Shown one piece after another: positions 48,810-58,458 of a DNA stretch of 64,000 nt (within the stretch, counting starts at the first letter, position 1; every line of letters starts with the position of its first letter). The notes beneath the pieces were generated by a model. The model ran no database searches. It was not told the DNA's origin and saw nothing but the letters and a program-made list of their open reading frames with translations. The stretch comes from Chloroflexota bacterium (GTDB lineage: Bacteria; Chloroflexota; UBA11872; VXOZ01). A program made the position numbers and the translations under genes. The stretch lies in the NCBI GenBank assembly GCA_963663275.1, contig OY760183.1, positions 608,001 through 672,000 of the forward strand, read 5' to 3'.

Positions 48810-49277
48810 ATGCCTGCGGAACGCTATCTGCAAATCGGCGAGGTGGCGGAGCAACTGGAACTCACACCGCGCACGCTCCGCTATTACGAGGAGATCGGCT
48901 TGCTGGAACCGCCCTCCCGCATGGAAGGCGGCTTCCGGCTCTACTCGGCGGCGGACATCAGCCGCCTGGAAAACATCGTGCAACTCAAGCGGCTGCTGGG
49001 CTTCTCGTTGCGCGATATCAAGCACGTGGTGGAGGCGATGGAGTCGCTCAAGCTCCTGCGCCAGGAGAGCCGGCAGGCCGGCGATCTGGAAACCAAGCGG
49101 GAATCGCTGCGCAAGGCCCTGGAAATCCTGGAAACGCAGCTTGAGGTGCTGGACGGCCGCATGGGGCAGATTGCCGAACTGCGCGACCGCTTCAACGAAC
49201 GCTCGCTGCGCCTGCGCGAACGCTTGCAGCAAATCGAGGCGGAACTCCAAACCGCCGCCGCCAACCCTTCGTCGTAG
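48810..49277 (+). CDS. MerR family transcriptional regulator
   Basis: IGEVAE..TPRTLRYYEEIGLL...GFRLY, GFSL.DIK. Confidence 0.93.
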   Translation: MPAERYLQIGEVAEQLELTPRTLRYYEEIGLLEPPSRMEGGFRLYSAADISRLENIVQLKRLLGFSLRDIKHVVEAMESLKLLRQESRQAGDLETKRESLRKALEILETQLEVLDGRMGQIAELRDRFNERSLRLRERLQQIEAELQTAAANPSS

Positions 49278-49364
49278 CTACTACTCTCTACCGTCCCGCG
49301 CTCACCGGGAGAAGGCTTTAGCGAAACCTCGCCGAAAGGCGAACAGTTCTTTCTCCCCCGGAGA

Positions 49365-49514
49365 GGCTGACAGGGGTATGCAAATGTCATTCCGAGCGCA
49401 GCGAGGAATCTAAAGTGCTGGACTTGCGGGGCTATACCTTAGATTCCTCTCTCCGCTGGGCTCCGTTCGGAATGACACGTGAAGTCGATTATAGAATACA
49501 TACCCCTGTCAGCC
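49365..49514. mobile_element. inner MITE-like element with GGCTGACAGGGGTATG terminal inverted repeats
   Basis: 16-bp perfect TIR; homologous to 19917-20093 and 53329-53479. Confidence 0.7.
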
Positions 49515-49635
49515 CGGGAGAGGGGAGCAAAGAGCGCATCCGCTTCCCTCTCCCCGGAAGAGGGAAGCAAGGAACGCATCCGATTCCCTCTCTTGGGGGA
49601 GAGGGTTAGGGTGAGGGGAAGAAAAGGAGAATCTC

Positions 49636-51813
49636 ATGAACGGCCGCGTGGACGTGGAGACCTTGCGCTCGCTGCGGAAGGTCAGTGCGCATGCGCCGGT
49701 GGCGCTCTCTCCCGACGGCGTCCTGGTTGCCTACGGCATCGGCGCCGCGCAGCGGGAAACACCGGACCCGCCTTCCGGGATACTGGCCATGGGGGCGTCC
49801 ACCAGTGTGCTTGGCATCGAAATCTGGATCGCCGACGCGGCGGACGGCACGGCGCGCGCCATAACCCCCGGCTGGGGCAGTAGCTGGGGCCCGCGCTGGT
49901 CGCCGGACGGGCAGTGGCTGGCTTTCTACAGCGACCGCGCCGGCCTGGCGCAGGTCTGGCTCTGGAACCGCGCGACCGGAGAGACCCGCCCGGCGTGCGA
50001 CGAACCGGTGTGCATGGCGTTTGAGTTCGAACAACTCCACTGGCTGCCGGACAGCGTCCATCTGGTGGCTAAGCTGCGCGCCCCCGGCTGGGACCCGCCC
50101 CAGGAGCGTGAAGAGCAAGAGGTCGGCAGCGGACGGGAAATCTGGGAGTCGCCGCCGCCCAAGATCGAGCGGCGTTCCGCTGCCGCCGAGGGCTGGCGCT
50201 GGTTCGACGGCAAGCGCGGCGACGTGGGCGTTATCAACGTGGAGACTGGCGCGGCGCGGCGCTTGGGCACGGAAATCTTCCCCTATTACTTTGCGCCGTC
50301 CCCCGATGGGCGCTTCGTGGCCGCGATGACCGTGGCGGCTTCTAAGGGCTTCGACCTGCGCCTCATGGCCGTGGACGGCTCGCGCTATGACGTCCTGGCC
50401 GAGGACGTTCCCACCATGTGGGGCGCTTTCTCCTGGTCGCCCCATAGCGACGCGCTTGCGTTTACCACCTACGGCGATGGGCCGGGCCAGCTTGTCCTCG
50501 TCTCGCTGGACGGCGCGCGGCGCGTGCTCCACGACGGCGGCGCGGTTGACTTTGCCAGCGAGGAGCCATACCCGCCGCCGCTCTGGTCGCCGGACGGCGA
50601 GACCGTCTACTGCGGAAACTTTCGGGACGTCTATGCCGTAACCCTCGCCACGGGCGACATGGAAAACATAACCCAGGACCTGGAACACCATACCGTGTGG
50701 GGGTGCATCAGCACGCTGGGCCGCAATACGGTCAATGACGGCGGCCGCCCCGGTACCGTGCTCGTCCTGGCGCAAGACCGGCAGACCAAGCGCCAGGGGA
50801 TCTACCGGGTCGGCAACGGCCGCCCGGAAGTGGTGCTGCCTGAGCGGCAGCGCCACCTGATCAACCTGATGCTCTACGGCGATAGCAACCGCCGGCACGT
50901 GGTTGGCCCAATCGAATCCGCCGCGCAGCCCCCCGACCTCTTTCGCATTGCCATTGCGTCCGGTGAGGAGCAGCGGGTTACGCGGCTCAACCCGGCGCTT
51001 GAAGGCGTGTCATGGGGCACCGCCAGGCTGCTCGACCACAAGGGTGCCGATGGTGAGGCGTTACAAGGAGCGGTGCTGCTCCCGGCCGGATATCAGCCCG
51101 GCGTCCGCTATCCCACGATCGTCAGCGTGGGCCTGGGCACAGGCGGCTCTGGATTTGTCAATAACTTCGAGTGGGATAGCCTCGGCTTCATCGAACTGCA
51201 CGCCTTGACCACCCGGGGCTACGTCGTAATAGTGCCGTCTAACCCACGTCGCACCCCAGACGTGGCCGCTGAAGTAACCGCTCAGACCGTGAACGCCCTG
51301 GATGCGGCGGTGGCGGCCGGTTACGCCGATCCGGAGCGGGCGGGCGTGATGGGGCATAGCCGCGGCGGGTACAGCGCCTGCTGCGTGGTGACGCGCACCG
51401 ACCGCTTCCGGGCGGCCGTCGCCGGCGCGCCGATTACCAATTTCTTCAGCTTTGGCTTGTCCGTTTCCGGCAACGAGATGACGCCCTGGGAACAGACGGT
51501 CGGGTACGTCTTCCACCTGCGCAATACCTTGTGGGAAGCGCGGGAACAGTGGCTGGAGAACTCGCCGGCGCTCTACTGCGATCAGGTCGAGACGCCGCTG
51601 CTTCTCATCTGCGGCACTGCCGATGAGCCCCTCATGGCGCAAGCCGAAGAGATGTACGGCGGCCTGCGCCAGCTCGGCAAGCGGGCCGTCCTCGCGCGGT
51701 ACCACGGCGAAGGCCACGCGGTAGGCGAATGGTCGGCGGAGAACGCGCAAGATTGCTGGGACCGCATCATCGGCTGGTTCGAGCAATACGTGAAAGGCGC
51801 GGCGGCGGAGTAA
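49636..51813 (+). CDS. S9 family serine peptidase (beta-propeller plus alpha/beta hydrolase)
   Basis: WSPDG repeats, GHSRGG nucleophile, GTAD, EGH. Confidence 0.92.
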   Translation: MNGRVDVETLRSLRKVSAHAPVALSPDGVLVAYGIGAAQRETPDPPSGILAMGASTSVLGIEIWIADAADGTARAITPGWGSSWGPRWSPDGQWLAFYSDRAGLAQVWLWNRATGETRPACDEPVCMAFEFEQLHWLPDSVHLVAKLRAPGWDPPQEREEQEVGSGREIWESPPPKIERRSAAAEGWRWFDGKRGDVGVINVETGAARRLGTEIFPYYFAPSPDGRFVAAMTVAASKGFDLRLMAVDGSRYDVLAEDVPTMWGAFSWSPHSDALAFTTYGDGPGQLVLVSLDGARRVLHDGGAVDFASEEPYPPPLWSPDGETVYCGNFRDVYAVTLATGDMENITQDLEHHTVWGCISTLGRNTVNDGGRPGTVLVLAQDRQTKRQGIYRVGNGRPEVVLPERQRHLINLMLYGDSNRRHVVGPIESAAQPPDLFRIAIASGEEQRVTRLNPALEGVSWGTARLLDHKGADGEALQGAVLLPAGYQPGVRYPTIVSVGLGTGGSGFVNNFEWDSLGFIELHALTTRGYVVIVPSNPRRTPDVAAEVTAQTVNALDAAVAAGYADPERAGVMGHSRGGYSACCVVTRTDRFRAAVAGAPITNFFSFGLSVSGNEMTPWEQTVGYVFHLRNTLWEAREQWLENSPALYCDQVETPLLLICGTADEPLMAQAEEMYGGLRQLGKRAVLARYHGEGHAVGEWSAENAQDCWDRIIGWFEQYVKGAAAE

Positions 51814-51877
51814 CCCAATTCTCTTGTATTCATCAAGAGCAGCGCATTCACCGCGCGGCGTTCCGTTAGGCGTTCCG

Positions 51878-52039
51878 GCAGCGCAGTTTGCTCCAGTGTG
51901 CAGTTTGCTCCAGTGTGCAGTTTGCTCCAGTGTGCAGTTTGTTCCGGTGCGCAGCCTGTTCCGGTAGCGTAGTCTGTTCCGGTAGCGCAGTTTGCTCCGG
52001 TGCGCAGTCTGTTCCGGTAGCGCAGGTTTGTAACCTGCG
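51878..52039 (+). repeat. 17-18 bp tandem array grading into a REP family B copy
   Basis: CAGTTTGCTCCAGTGTG x3, then CAG(C/T)CTGTTCCGGTAGCG units, ending in GTAGCGCAGGTTTGTAACCTGCG at 52017. Confidence 0.85.
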
Positions 52040-52196
52040 CCGGTTGAAGCCGCTTGAAATCGAAGGCGTTTGCGCACTCTCCCTTCGCGTTGCTGGGCAG
52101 AGCGTCCCAATCGGCATGGCGCCCCAAGAGGAATCCTTGCGCCGAAGAGGTGAAGGGGACTCGTGTTCTCTCGCTGGAGACCTTTGCATACCTCCG

Positions 52197-53207
52197 TCAT
52201 TCCGGCGAAAGCCGGAAGGTGGATTCACATTTCAAGTGCAACACCTGGTTGATGAATACTTCGGCTGGCGTTTGGAAGTCAAGACACTTGCGCGGGGTGT
52301 GGTTGTAGGCGTGGACCAGTTGCGCAAAGCGTTGTTGGCTCACCTGTGCCAGGTCGGTCTTGCGCGGCAGCCGGCGCCGCAGGCGGCCGATGGCGTTCTC
52401 GATGCCCCCTTTCTGCCAGGGCGAGTGGGTATCGCAGAAGAAGGTTTGGATGCCCAAGTCATGGAGGCGGTAATGCTGTGCGAACTCCGTGCCATTGTCG
52501 AACGTGACGGTCTGGCTGCACGCTGGGGGCAGCGCGGCGAACAGGTCGTGCAGGATAGTGGCGATCGGCGCTGCCGCCTTGCCGGGCGGTCGCGCGGCCA
52601 GCAACAGGCGCGAGTGGCGCTCGTGCAGGGTCAAGACTGCTTGACCGTAGGTGCGAAAGAGCATCAGGTCCGCCTCCCAGTGGCCGGGCGTTTGGCGGTC
52701 TGCCGCCGCCTGGGGCCGTTCTGCCAGCGGTCGGCGCTGGGCAATGAACGAGGCCGGACTGCCGCCCTTTCGCCCGCGCCAGCCCCGTTTGGACTTGGCG
52801 CGCGGCAGGTAATGCCGCCAGTTACCGTCCTTCGTGCGCGCCTGCTGCCCGTAGATGAAGCGATAGATGGTCTCGTGAGAGACGACCGGCGCGCCGTTCT
52901 CCCGCGCCAAACGTCCGGATACCTGCTCCGGCGACCAACAATCCCGCAAGTATCCCAACACCACCTCCCGCAACTCGGCATCCCGCTCCAGCTTGCTGCC
53001 GCGCCAGCACCGCGCCCACGCCTGATCATCGGCATACTTTGGCTCATAGCCTGCCGATTGCGATCCATTTCGTTTCACCTCCCGCGAAATCGTCGATGGC
53101 GCGCGACCCAGAGTTGCAGCGATTTGCCGGTGCGAGGTTCTCGCGGTGAGAAGTCGGGCAATTTCACACCGCTCTTCAATGGTAAGTTGTGTGTATTGTT
53201 TTCCCAT
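52197..53207 (-). CDS. IS30 family transposase
   Basis: STISREVKRN, WSPEQ, SHETIY, GHWEAD, DNGTEF, PWQKGGIEN, PRKCLDF. Confidence 0.97.
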   Translation of the reverse strand: MGKQYTQLTIEERCEIARLLTARTSHRQIAATLGRAPSTISREVKRNGSQSAGYEPKYADDQAWARCWRGSKLERDAELREVVLGYLRDCWSPEQVSGRLARENGAPVVSHETIYRFIYGQQARTKDGNWRHYLPRAKSKRGWRGRKGGSPASFIAQRRPLAERPQAAADRQTPGHWEADLMLFRTYGQAVLTLHERHSRLLLAARPPGKAAAPIATILHDLFAALPPACSQTVTFDNGTEFAQHYRLHDLGIQTFFCDTHSPWQKGGIENAIGRLRRRLPRKTDLAQVSQQRFAQLVHAYNHTPRKCLDFQTPAEVFINQVLHLKCESTFRLSPE

Positions 53208-53251
53208 GGCAACACCTTAGCAAAGTGTTGCACTTCGTTTGTGAGTCTAGG
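52218..53251 (-). mobile_element. IS30 family insertion sequence
   Basis: 26-bp imperfect IRs (52218-52243 and 53226-53251, 18/26 identical, inner AAGTGCAACA), flanked by a GAA direct repeat. Confidence 0.9.
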
Positions 53252-53691
53252 GAATCCAGACCGCTTCTACAACTAAACATAGCATGATGTCAATTCATTG
53301 TACCCCCATCTCAACCTTCCCCCTCGATGGCTGATAAGGGTATGAAAGTGTCATTCCGAGCGGAGCGAGGAATCTAGTAATGATGAAATTGCAGGGTAGC
53401 GCCTTAGATTCCTCTCTCCGCTGCGCTCCATTCGGAATGACACGTGAAGTGGACTATAGAATGCCTACCCCTATCAGCCCTCGATGGAGAAGGGGTTATG
53501 CAAAGGTCTCCGCCTGTAATCACGGTCAGAGGCTTCCTCAAGGGACGCACAATGATACTATACGGAGAGTGCCGCGGACTATCGGGTCTATGCAGCCGTG
53601 GCGCGACCGGCAAGAGCGTCCAATCGGGCACGTCGATTGAGCAACCAGGACGCTCAGCGAACAGACACCCGCACGTAAGGATTGAGCACGC

Positions 53692-55017
53692 ATGAAGACT
53701 GTGTCTGAGGCAGCAGCCTCCCAAGAAGAACTCCTCGCGAAGAGCCGGCAACTCTTTCCCGGCGGCTCGTCGGGCTTGTGGCGGCTGCCGGACGAGTATC
53801 AGATCGTGGTCACCCACGGGCGCGGCAGCCGCGTGTGGGACATGACCGGCCGGGAGTACATCGACTGCATCCTGGGCTCCGGGCCGGTTCTCGTCGGCCA
53901 CGCCCATCCGGCGGTGGTGGCGGCGGTGCAGGCGCAGGCGGCCCAGGGCGCGACCTACTTCCTGCTGAACGAACCGGCCATTCGCCTGGCGGAAATGGTG
54001 GTGGATGCCGTGCCCTGCGCCGAGCAGATTCGCTTTGTGAGCACCGGCACCGAGGCAACCTTCTACGCGATTCGCATCGCCCGCGCCTACACCGGCCGCA
54101 ACAAGGTGCTGAAGTTCGAAGGCGCGCTCCACGGCGGCAACGACTACGCCACTATGAGCACCGTGCCGCCGCGCACGAGCGACTATCCCCACGGCATCCC
54201 AGACAGCAGCGGCATCCCGCCGCAGGTGCGGGAGCAGGTGCTGATTTCCGAATTCAACAATCTCGACCTGACCCGCGAACTCGTGCATCAACACGGCGAC
54301 GACCTGGCGGCCATCATCATGGAGCCGCTCCAGCGGGCGCTGAATCCGGAACCGGGTTTCCTGGCAGCGGTGCGCGACCTGGCCCACGAGGTGGGGGCGC
54401 TGCTGATCTTCGACGAAATCGTGACCGGCTTTCGCCTGGCCTGGGGCGGCGCGCAGGAATACTACGGCGTGGAACCGGACCTGGCGGTGCTGGGCAAGGC
54501 GCTGGGCGGCGGCTACTCGCAGGCGGCGGTGGCGGGGCCCGCCAATATCATGGAGGTGGTCTCGTCGGCGATCCGCGGCACGCCGCGCTACGTCTGGATG
54601 GGCGGCACCTTCAGCGGCAATCCCCTGAGCGCGGTGGCCGGCCTGGCGACCCTGGGCGTGCTGCAAGCGGAGGGCAGCTTTGCGCGCCTGCAAGCGATTG
54701 GCGATCAGGTGCGCGCCGGTCTGGAAGCCCTCGGCCGGGAGTTTGGCGAGCCGCTGCAAGCTATCGGCGCGGGACCGCTGCTCCAGGTCTTCTTCGGCGA
54801 GGGCGACCTGCGCACCTACGCCGACTGCCTGAAAACCGATAACGCCAAACGCATCGCCTTCGCCCAGGAACTCCTCCGCGCCGGCATCCTCACCAACCCG
54901 GGCGAAAAGCTCTACTTCTCCCTGGCCCACACCGACGAGGACGTGGGCAAACTCCTGGAAATCGCCCGCGCGGCGCTGAAGACGGTGCAGGAGCAAGAGG
55001 CGAACGGCGCAAGTTGA
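53692..55017 (+). CDS. class III PLP aminotransferase (glutamate-1-semialdehyde aminomutase-like)
   Basis: STGTEA, FEGALHG, FDEIVTGFR, LGKALGGG, GTFSGNP. Confidence 0.9.
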   Translation: MKTVSEAAASQEELLAKSRQLFPGGSSGLWRLPDEYQIVVTHGRGSRVWDMTGREYIDCILGSGPVLVGHAHPAVVAAVQAQAAQGATYFLLNEPAIRLAEMVVDAVPCAEQIRFVSTGTEATFYAIRIARAYTGRNKVLKFEGALHGGNDYATMSTVPPRTSDYPHGIPDSSGIPPQVREQVLISEFNNLDLTRELVHQHGDDLAAIIMEPLQRALNPEPGFLAAVRDLAHEVGALLIFDEIVTGFRLAWGGAQEYYGVEPDLAVLGKALGGGYSQAAVAGPANIMEVVSSAIRGTPRYVWMGGTFSGNPLSAVAGLATLGVLQAEGSFARLQAIGDQVRAGLEALGREFGEPLQAIGAGPLLQVFFGEGDLRTYADCLKTDNAKRIAFAQELLRAGILTNPGEKLYFSLAHTDEDVGKLLEIARAALKTVQEQEANGAS

Positions 55018-55059
55018 AGGAAACGCGGCAGAACAATCACCTACGGCAATGGCGCATCT

Positions 55060-55818
55060 CTAACGCCAGCCGATTACGCGATGTTGTAGCCAAGGGTGGT
55101 GCGACTGATTGACCGGTACTAGCAAAGGGTTCTTAGGGAGAGGTAACTCGATAAGGCCTTTCTTACCTACTGCGTCTGCTAATTCCTGGCTGCATCCGAA
55201 GCTAACCAGGTACACCAAGACACCGCGACTCTTGAGTTCATCGATCATGTCCGCGTAGTCGCCATCTCTGGCGAGAAGCACGAGAACGGTGCGTGACGGG
55301 TCTTGACCGCAGTAGGTCTTACAGTGATGGATGACCTTCTCTTCCAAGTCATCGGTTTCTTCCCATACATCCCAGCCACGGTCTTCTAACGTGTCGTTTG
55401 GGTTGTTGAAACTGAACCCCGGGGTTGCGCGGACGAATGCTTTGAAGGTCCCGAGGTTGGTTGCTGAGAATCTCTCCTCGCACTTCGCTCGCAGCCAAGT
55501 GTCCAATTCGGGCACGTGCTGTACGTGTGCAGCGAGATCCGGAAAGTCCCACACAACCAATAGGCGCGAGCGCTTCACGTTCTTCCTCCTCTTCTTCCTG
55601 AAGAAACTGGGAGTAATGCCTCTTTCCATCGCAACCGAATGAATGGCCGCGAGTGACGCCGCGTCCGGCGTGGTGGCGCCGTTCTCCCACCGGGACACCG
55701 TGTTTGGCGGAACACCCAGCGCACGCGCGAGAGCCGCTTGCGAAAGTCCGAGTCTCTTGCGCAACTCTGCAATGCTCTCTGGGCTAAAGCGGTATTGCAT
55801 CTGCTTTACCGGCGCCAC
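55060..55818 (-). CDS. XRE-type HTH plus NYN-domain protein
   Basis: LRKRLGLSQ..LA..LGV...TVSRWENG.TTP; C-terminal VLLARDGDY...G..V.L, SQELADAV resembles NYN/LabA. Confidence 0.75.
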   Translation of the reverse strand: MAPVKQMQYRFSPESIAELRKRLGLSQAALARALGVPPNTVSRWENGATTPDAASLAAIHSVAMERGITPSFFRKKRRKNVKRSRLLVVWDFPDLAAHVQHVPELDTWLRAKCEERFSATNLGTFKAFVRATPGFSFNNPNDTLEDRGWDVWEETDDLEEKVIHHCKTYCGQDPSRTVLVLLARDGDYADMIDELKSRGVLVYLVSFGCSQELADAVGKKGLIELPLPKNPLLVPVNQSHHPWLQHRVIGWR

Positions 55819-56103
55819 TGCTTGCCTCCGTTGGCGGTGAGGATACGGAGTTCACTTGTCGCACTATAGCACATAGCTGTAGTTACCACAACAGAACTGT
55901 AGTTGACTTGGGGAGCGTGAATTGGTACAATGGTCATGAATTGCTGAGGGAGTACGCCCCTGGGAAGAGATGCTTTTCTCAGCTTGCAAGGTTGGGGCGA
56001 TTCTTTCGGCAAGCTCTATAGCGGTAAGATATCAATTGTTGCCACGGATTGTCTACACCGGTGCAGCGTGGAGGTTGGCCGGACAGAGAAATGGAGGTTT
56101 GGA

Positions 56104-56853
56104 TTGAATACGCAGGAAATGCACCCGTTCGAGAAAGTGCTGAACGAACGGTTCGATGGGGTCATCAAGCCAGGGGAACACGATGAGCAGGAGGGCGCGG
56201 CTTGTGCGCTGGAAATGGCAAGTGTAGCGCGTGGACGTTTGCTCAGCGACAAGTCGGGCGATACCGGGTTGCCGACGCTATGGCCGCTTAGCGACGGCCT
56301 CTGCATCTGGCCGGACGACCAGTCCCGCACCCAGCACGTTGTGCCCCTGGTCAAGGCGCTATGGGGCTGGCCGCAATGGTCGAAGAAGCGGCGGGCGGAT
56401 TGGAAACGGCGCGTAATCCGGCGCACCATCCAAGAAGTGCTGCCCTGCGTTCTCCGCCCGATCGGGCTTGAGGCCGAGGCTGACCGCTGCGCGCAGGACG
56501 GAACGAAAGATGCGGTTGACGCAGCCCGCGAAGCAGCGGATGCGGCCGCCACAGCCGCCCGCAAAGCGGCAGATAGTTTCCGCATGTTGGACGCAGTACG
56601 CGCGAGGGAAGCCGCTGGATACATGGCTAAAGCTGCCAGCAAGAGAGAAGACTTCGATATAGCGTATGCCGCCTACAACGTTGCTTTTGCTGCCGGTCTT
56701 ATCACCAGAAGCCGCGCCGTAGCTGCTGGCGACCCCGATGTGGACACTGCCAACCCCATAGCTTCCGGCGTTAGCGCGGTAAATGTCCTATCGCTGGCCT
56801 GCCGCATCTGGCGTGAAGAAGCCGAGCGCAAACCACAACTAAAGGCAAACTAA
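56104..56853 (+). CDS. hypothetical protein, Ala-rich C-terminal half
   Basis: GGAGG RBS before a TTG start; divergent from the HTH-NYN gene. Confidence 0.55.
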   Translation: MNTQEMHPFEKVLNERFDGVIKPGEHDEQEGAACALEMASVARGRLLSDKSGDTGLPTLWPLSDGLCIWPDDQSRTQHVVPLVKALWGWPQWSKKRRADWKRRVIRRTIQEVLPCVLRPIGLEAEADRCAQDGTKDAVDAAREAADAAATAARKAADSFRMLDAVRAREAAGYMAKAASKREDFDIAYAAYNVAFAAGLITRSRAVAAGDPDVDTANPIASGVSAVNVLSLACRIWREEAERKPQLKAN

Positions 56854-57006
56854 GCGCCTTGCCTGAAGTGGAGTGATCGGACTTAGGTCCGCCGTTTCGC
56901 GCCATGCTTGCCCAATGCGCTGACACGGGGCGGCGGAGAATAGGCGCCCGCGCTTAACCCTTCATTGCGTTAAGCTCTCAAGGCCTCCAGGCTAGGCGAC
57001 GTTCTT

Positions 57007-57657
57007 CTATTGCTTAGGTAGGCTCTCGCAGGCGGCGCCGTCTTTGTCCGTGTCGAGCTTGTTTGGGTCCGATTTGTCCGCATCCAGCACGGCTTGGGCC
57101 TGCCATTGAAACTCGAAGTCCCCGCAGTTGTACTTGTCTCCTTGACCGAGGTACGGTTGCGGGTCGAAGTCGCTTGGCGGCGTAGTGGTAGGCGTTGGCG
57201 GCGGTGGCGGAGCGTCCGGCGCGGGTGTGGGCGAAGGCAGCGGTGTCGGTGAAGCGGCAGGCGCGGATGGTGGCGTCGGATCGGGGGTTGGCGCCGGAAG
57301 TGGTGACGGAGTTGCCGTCGGCGCAGGTGGAGCGGTTGGCCTGGGCGGTGGAATAGCGGTGGGCCTGGGAGACGGCGCCGGCGCAGGACGAACGGCCGTT
57401 GGCGCGGGCGGCCCGGCGGTGGGCGCGGGCGCGGGCGTAACCGTCGGCGCGCCGGTAGCGGTAATATCGGAAAGCAGCACGGGCGTAGCGGTAGCTTCCC
57501 TGCCGGGGGCAACGGCAGCCGGAGCGTTTTCCTCATCCCCGCCGCACGCCAGCGCGGCGGCGCAGACGGCAACCAGGAAGAGATGCCGCAGGCCGCCAAC
57601 CGGCGCCAGCCGGCGCGCGCCAAACCGGCAACCGGGGACTATGCGCGCAACGTCCAC
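57007..57657 (-). CDS. lipoprotein with Pro/Thr-rich linker and C-terminal Excalibur Ca-binding domain
   Basis: Lipobox ALAC, PT-rich stalk, NCGDF...[11 protein letters not shown]. Confidence 0.85.
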   Translation of the reverse strand: MDVARIVPGCRFGARRLAPVGGLRHLFLVAVCAAALACGGDEENAPAAVAPGREATATPVLLSDITATGAPTVTPAPAPTAGPPAPTAVRPAPAPSPRPTAIPPPRPTAPPAPTATPSPLPAPTPDPTPPSAPAASPTPLPSPTPAPDAPPPPPTPTTTPPSDFDPQPYLGQGDKYNCGDFEFQWQAQAVLDADKSDPNKLDTDKDGAACESLPKQ

Positions 57658-57731
57658 GCGCCCTTACCGCCCTGGAGACGCAGGCGAGGTTCCGGCGCGC
57701 GGCATTCCGAAGCGGGCAATGCTATTCATGC

Positions 57732-57875
57732 CTAGCGCAGGGTCTTGCGCATGGCGCGGCCCGCCGCTTTGCCCGCCACTCGGCGCGCGACGCGCTGTCC
57801 GATGCGCCCTCTGCGCACGGCGTTCACGTCGCCAAGCAGCCGCGCCAGCCAGTAGAGGAAAGACCGTATCTTCAT
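57732..57875 (-). CDS. small basic protein (47 aa)
   Basis: MKIRSFLYWLARLLGDVNAVRRGRIGQRVARRVAGKAAGRAMRKTLR; resembles a recurring small hypothetical family (from recall). Confidence 0.65.
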   Translation of the reverse strand: MKIRSFLYWLARLLGDVNAVRRGRIGQRVARRVAGKAAGRAMRKTLR

Positions 57876-58018
57876 CTGAAACCCTTGTTGCGACATACTC
57901 CCAGCGAGAAAGTGTACCATATAAATGCCCGCACAGGAATGTCACGCGCATGGGCTAGCCAAAGCCGGCAGTCGCACGCGACGTCGCCAAGTCTCTCCGG
58001 GAACTAGGGGGTGTTGCC

Positions 58019-58354
58019 ATGATGGAGTACAAGGGCTACGTTGCCACGGTCGAATTCGATGATTCGGTGGGACTGCTTCATGGAGCGGTTGTCAACGCGG
58101 GGCCCTATCCGATTGCCACGTGCGAAGCCGCTGACGTGGAGGGGCTGGAGCGCGAGTTTCGCATCTCGGTCGATGAGTACCTGGCCTCGTGCGCGGAGGA
58201 TGGAATCGAGCCGCGCAAGCCATTCTCCGGCACGCTGACCCTGCGCATGGGGACCGAACTGCATCAGCGCGTGGCGGTCACAGCGCGGCAGAGCGGGATG
58301 AGCATCGAAGAGTGGATCAAGCAGGTGCTTGCGGAGAACGTGCAGGGCGCGTGA
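58019..58354 (+). CDS. hicB: HicB family antitoxin
   Basis: MEYKGY, SVDEYL..C...G.EPRKPFSG, RHH-like C-terminus. Confidence 0.9.
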   Translation: MMEYKGYVATVEFDDSVGLLHGAVVNAGPYPIATCEAADVEGLEREFRISVDEYLASCAEDGIEPRKPFSGTLTLRMGTELHQRVAVTARQSGMSIEEWIKQVLAENVQGA

Positions 58355-58458
58355 ATACACGGCCACGTTTATGTGTGGGGTTTGCAGCGCCGTCAGCCTC
58401 CGCCGGTTCTACCGCAGTCTCGTCACTGTTCCCCTCACTCTTTCGTGACAGTTCATCG

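Larger units (their letters stand above)
52177..53510. mobile_element. MITE-like composite (GAGACCTTTGCATA TIRs) containing the IS30 and an inner TIR element at 53329-53479
   Basis: Collinear with 19816-20124 once the IS30 is removed. Confidence 0.7.

Noticed and set aside
53692-55017. Assigning hemL
   Set aside because: It lacks the GGVNSPVR-type N-terminal signature and heme-gene context, so it is left as a class III aminotransferase.
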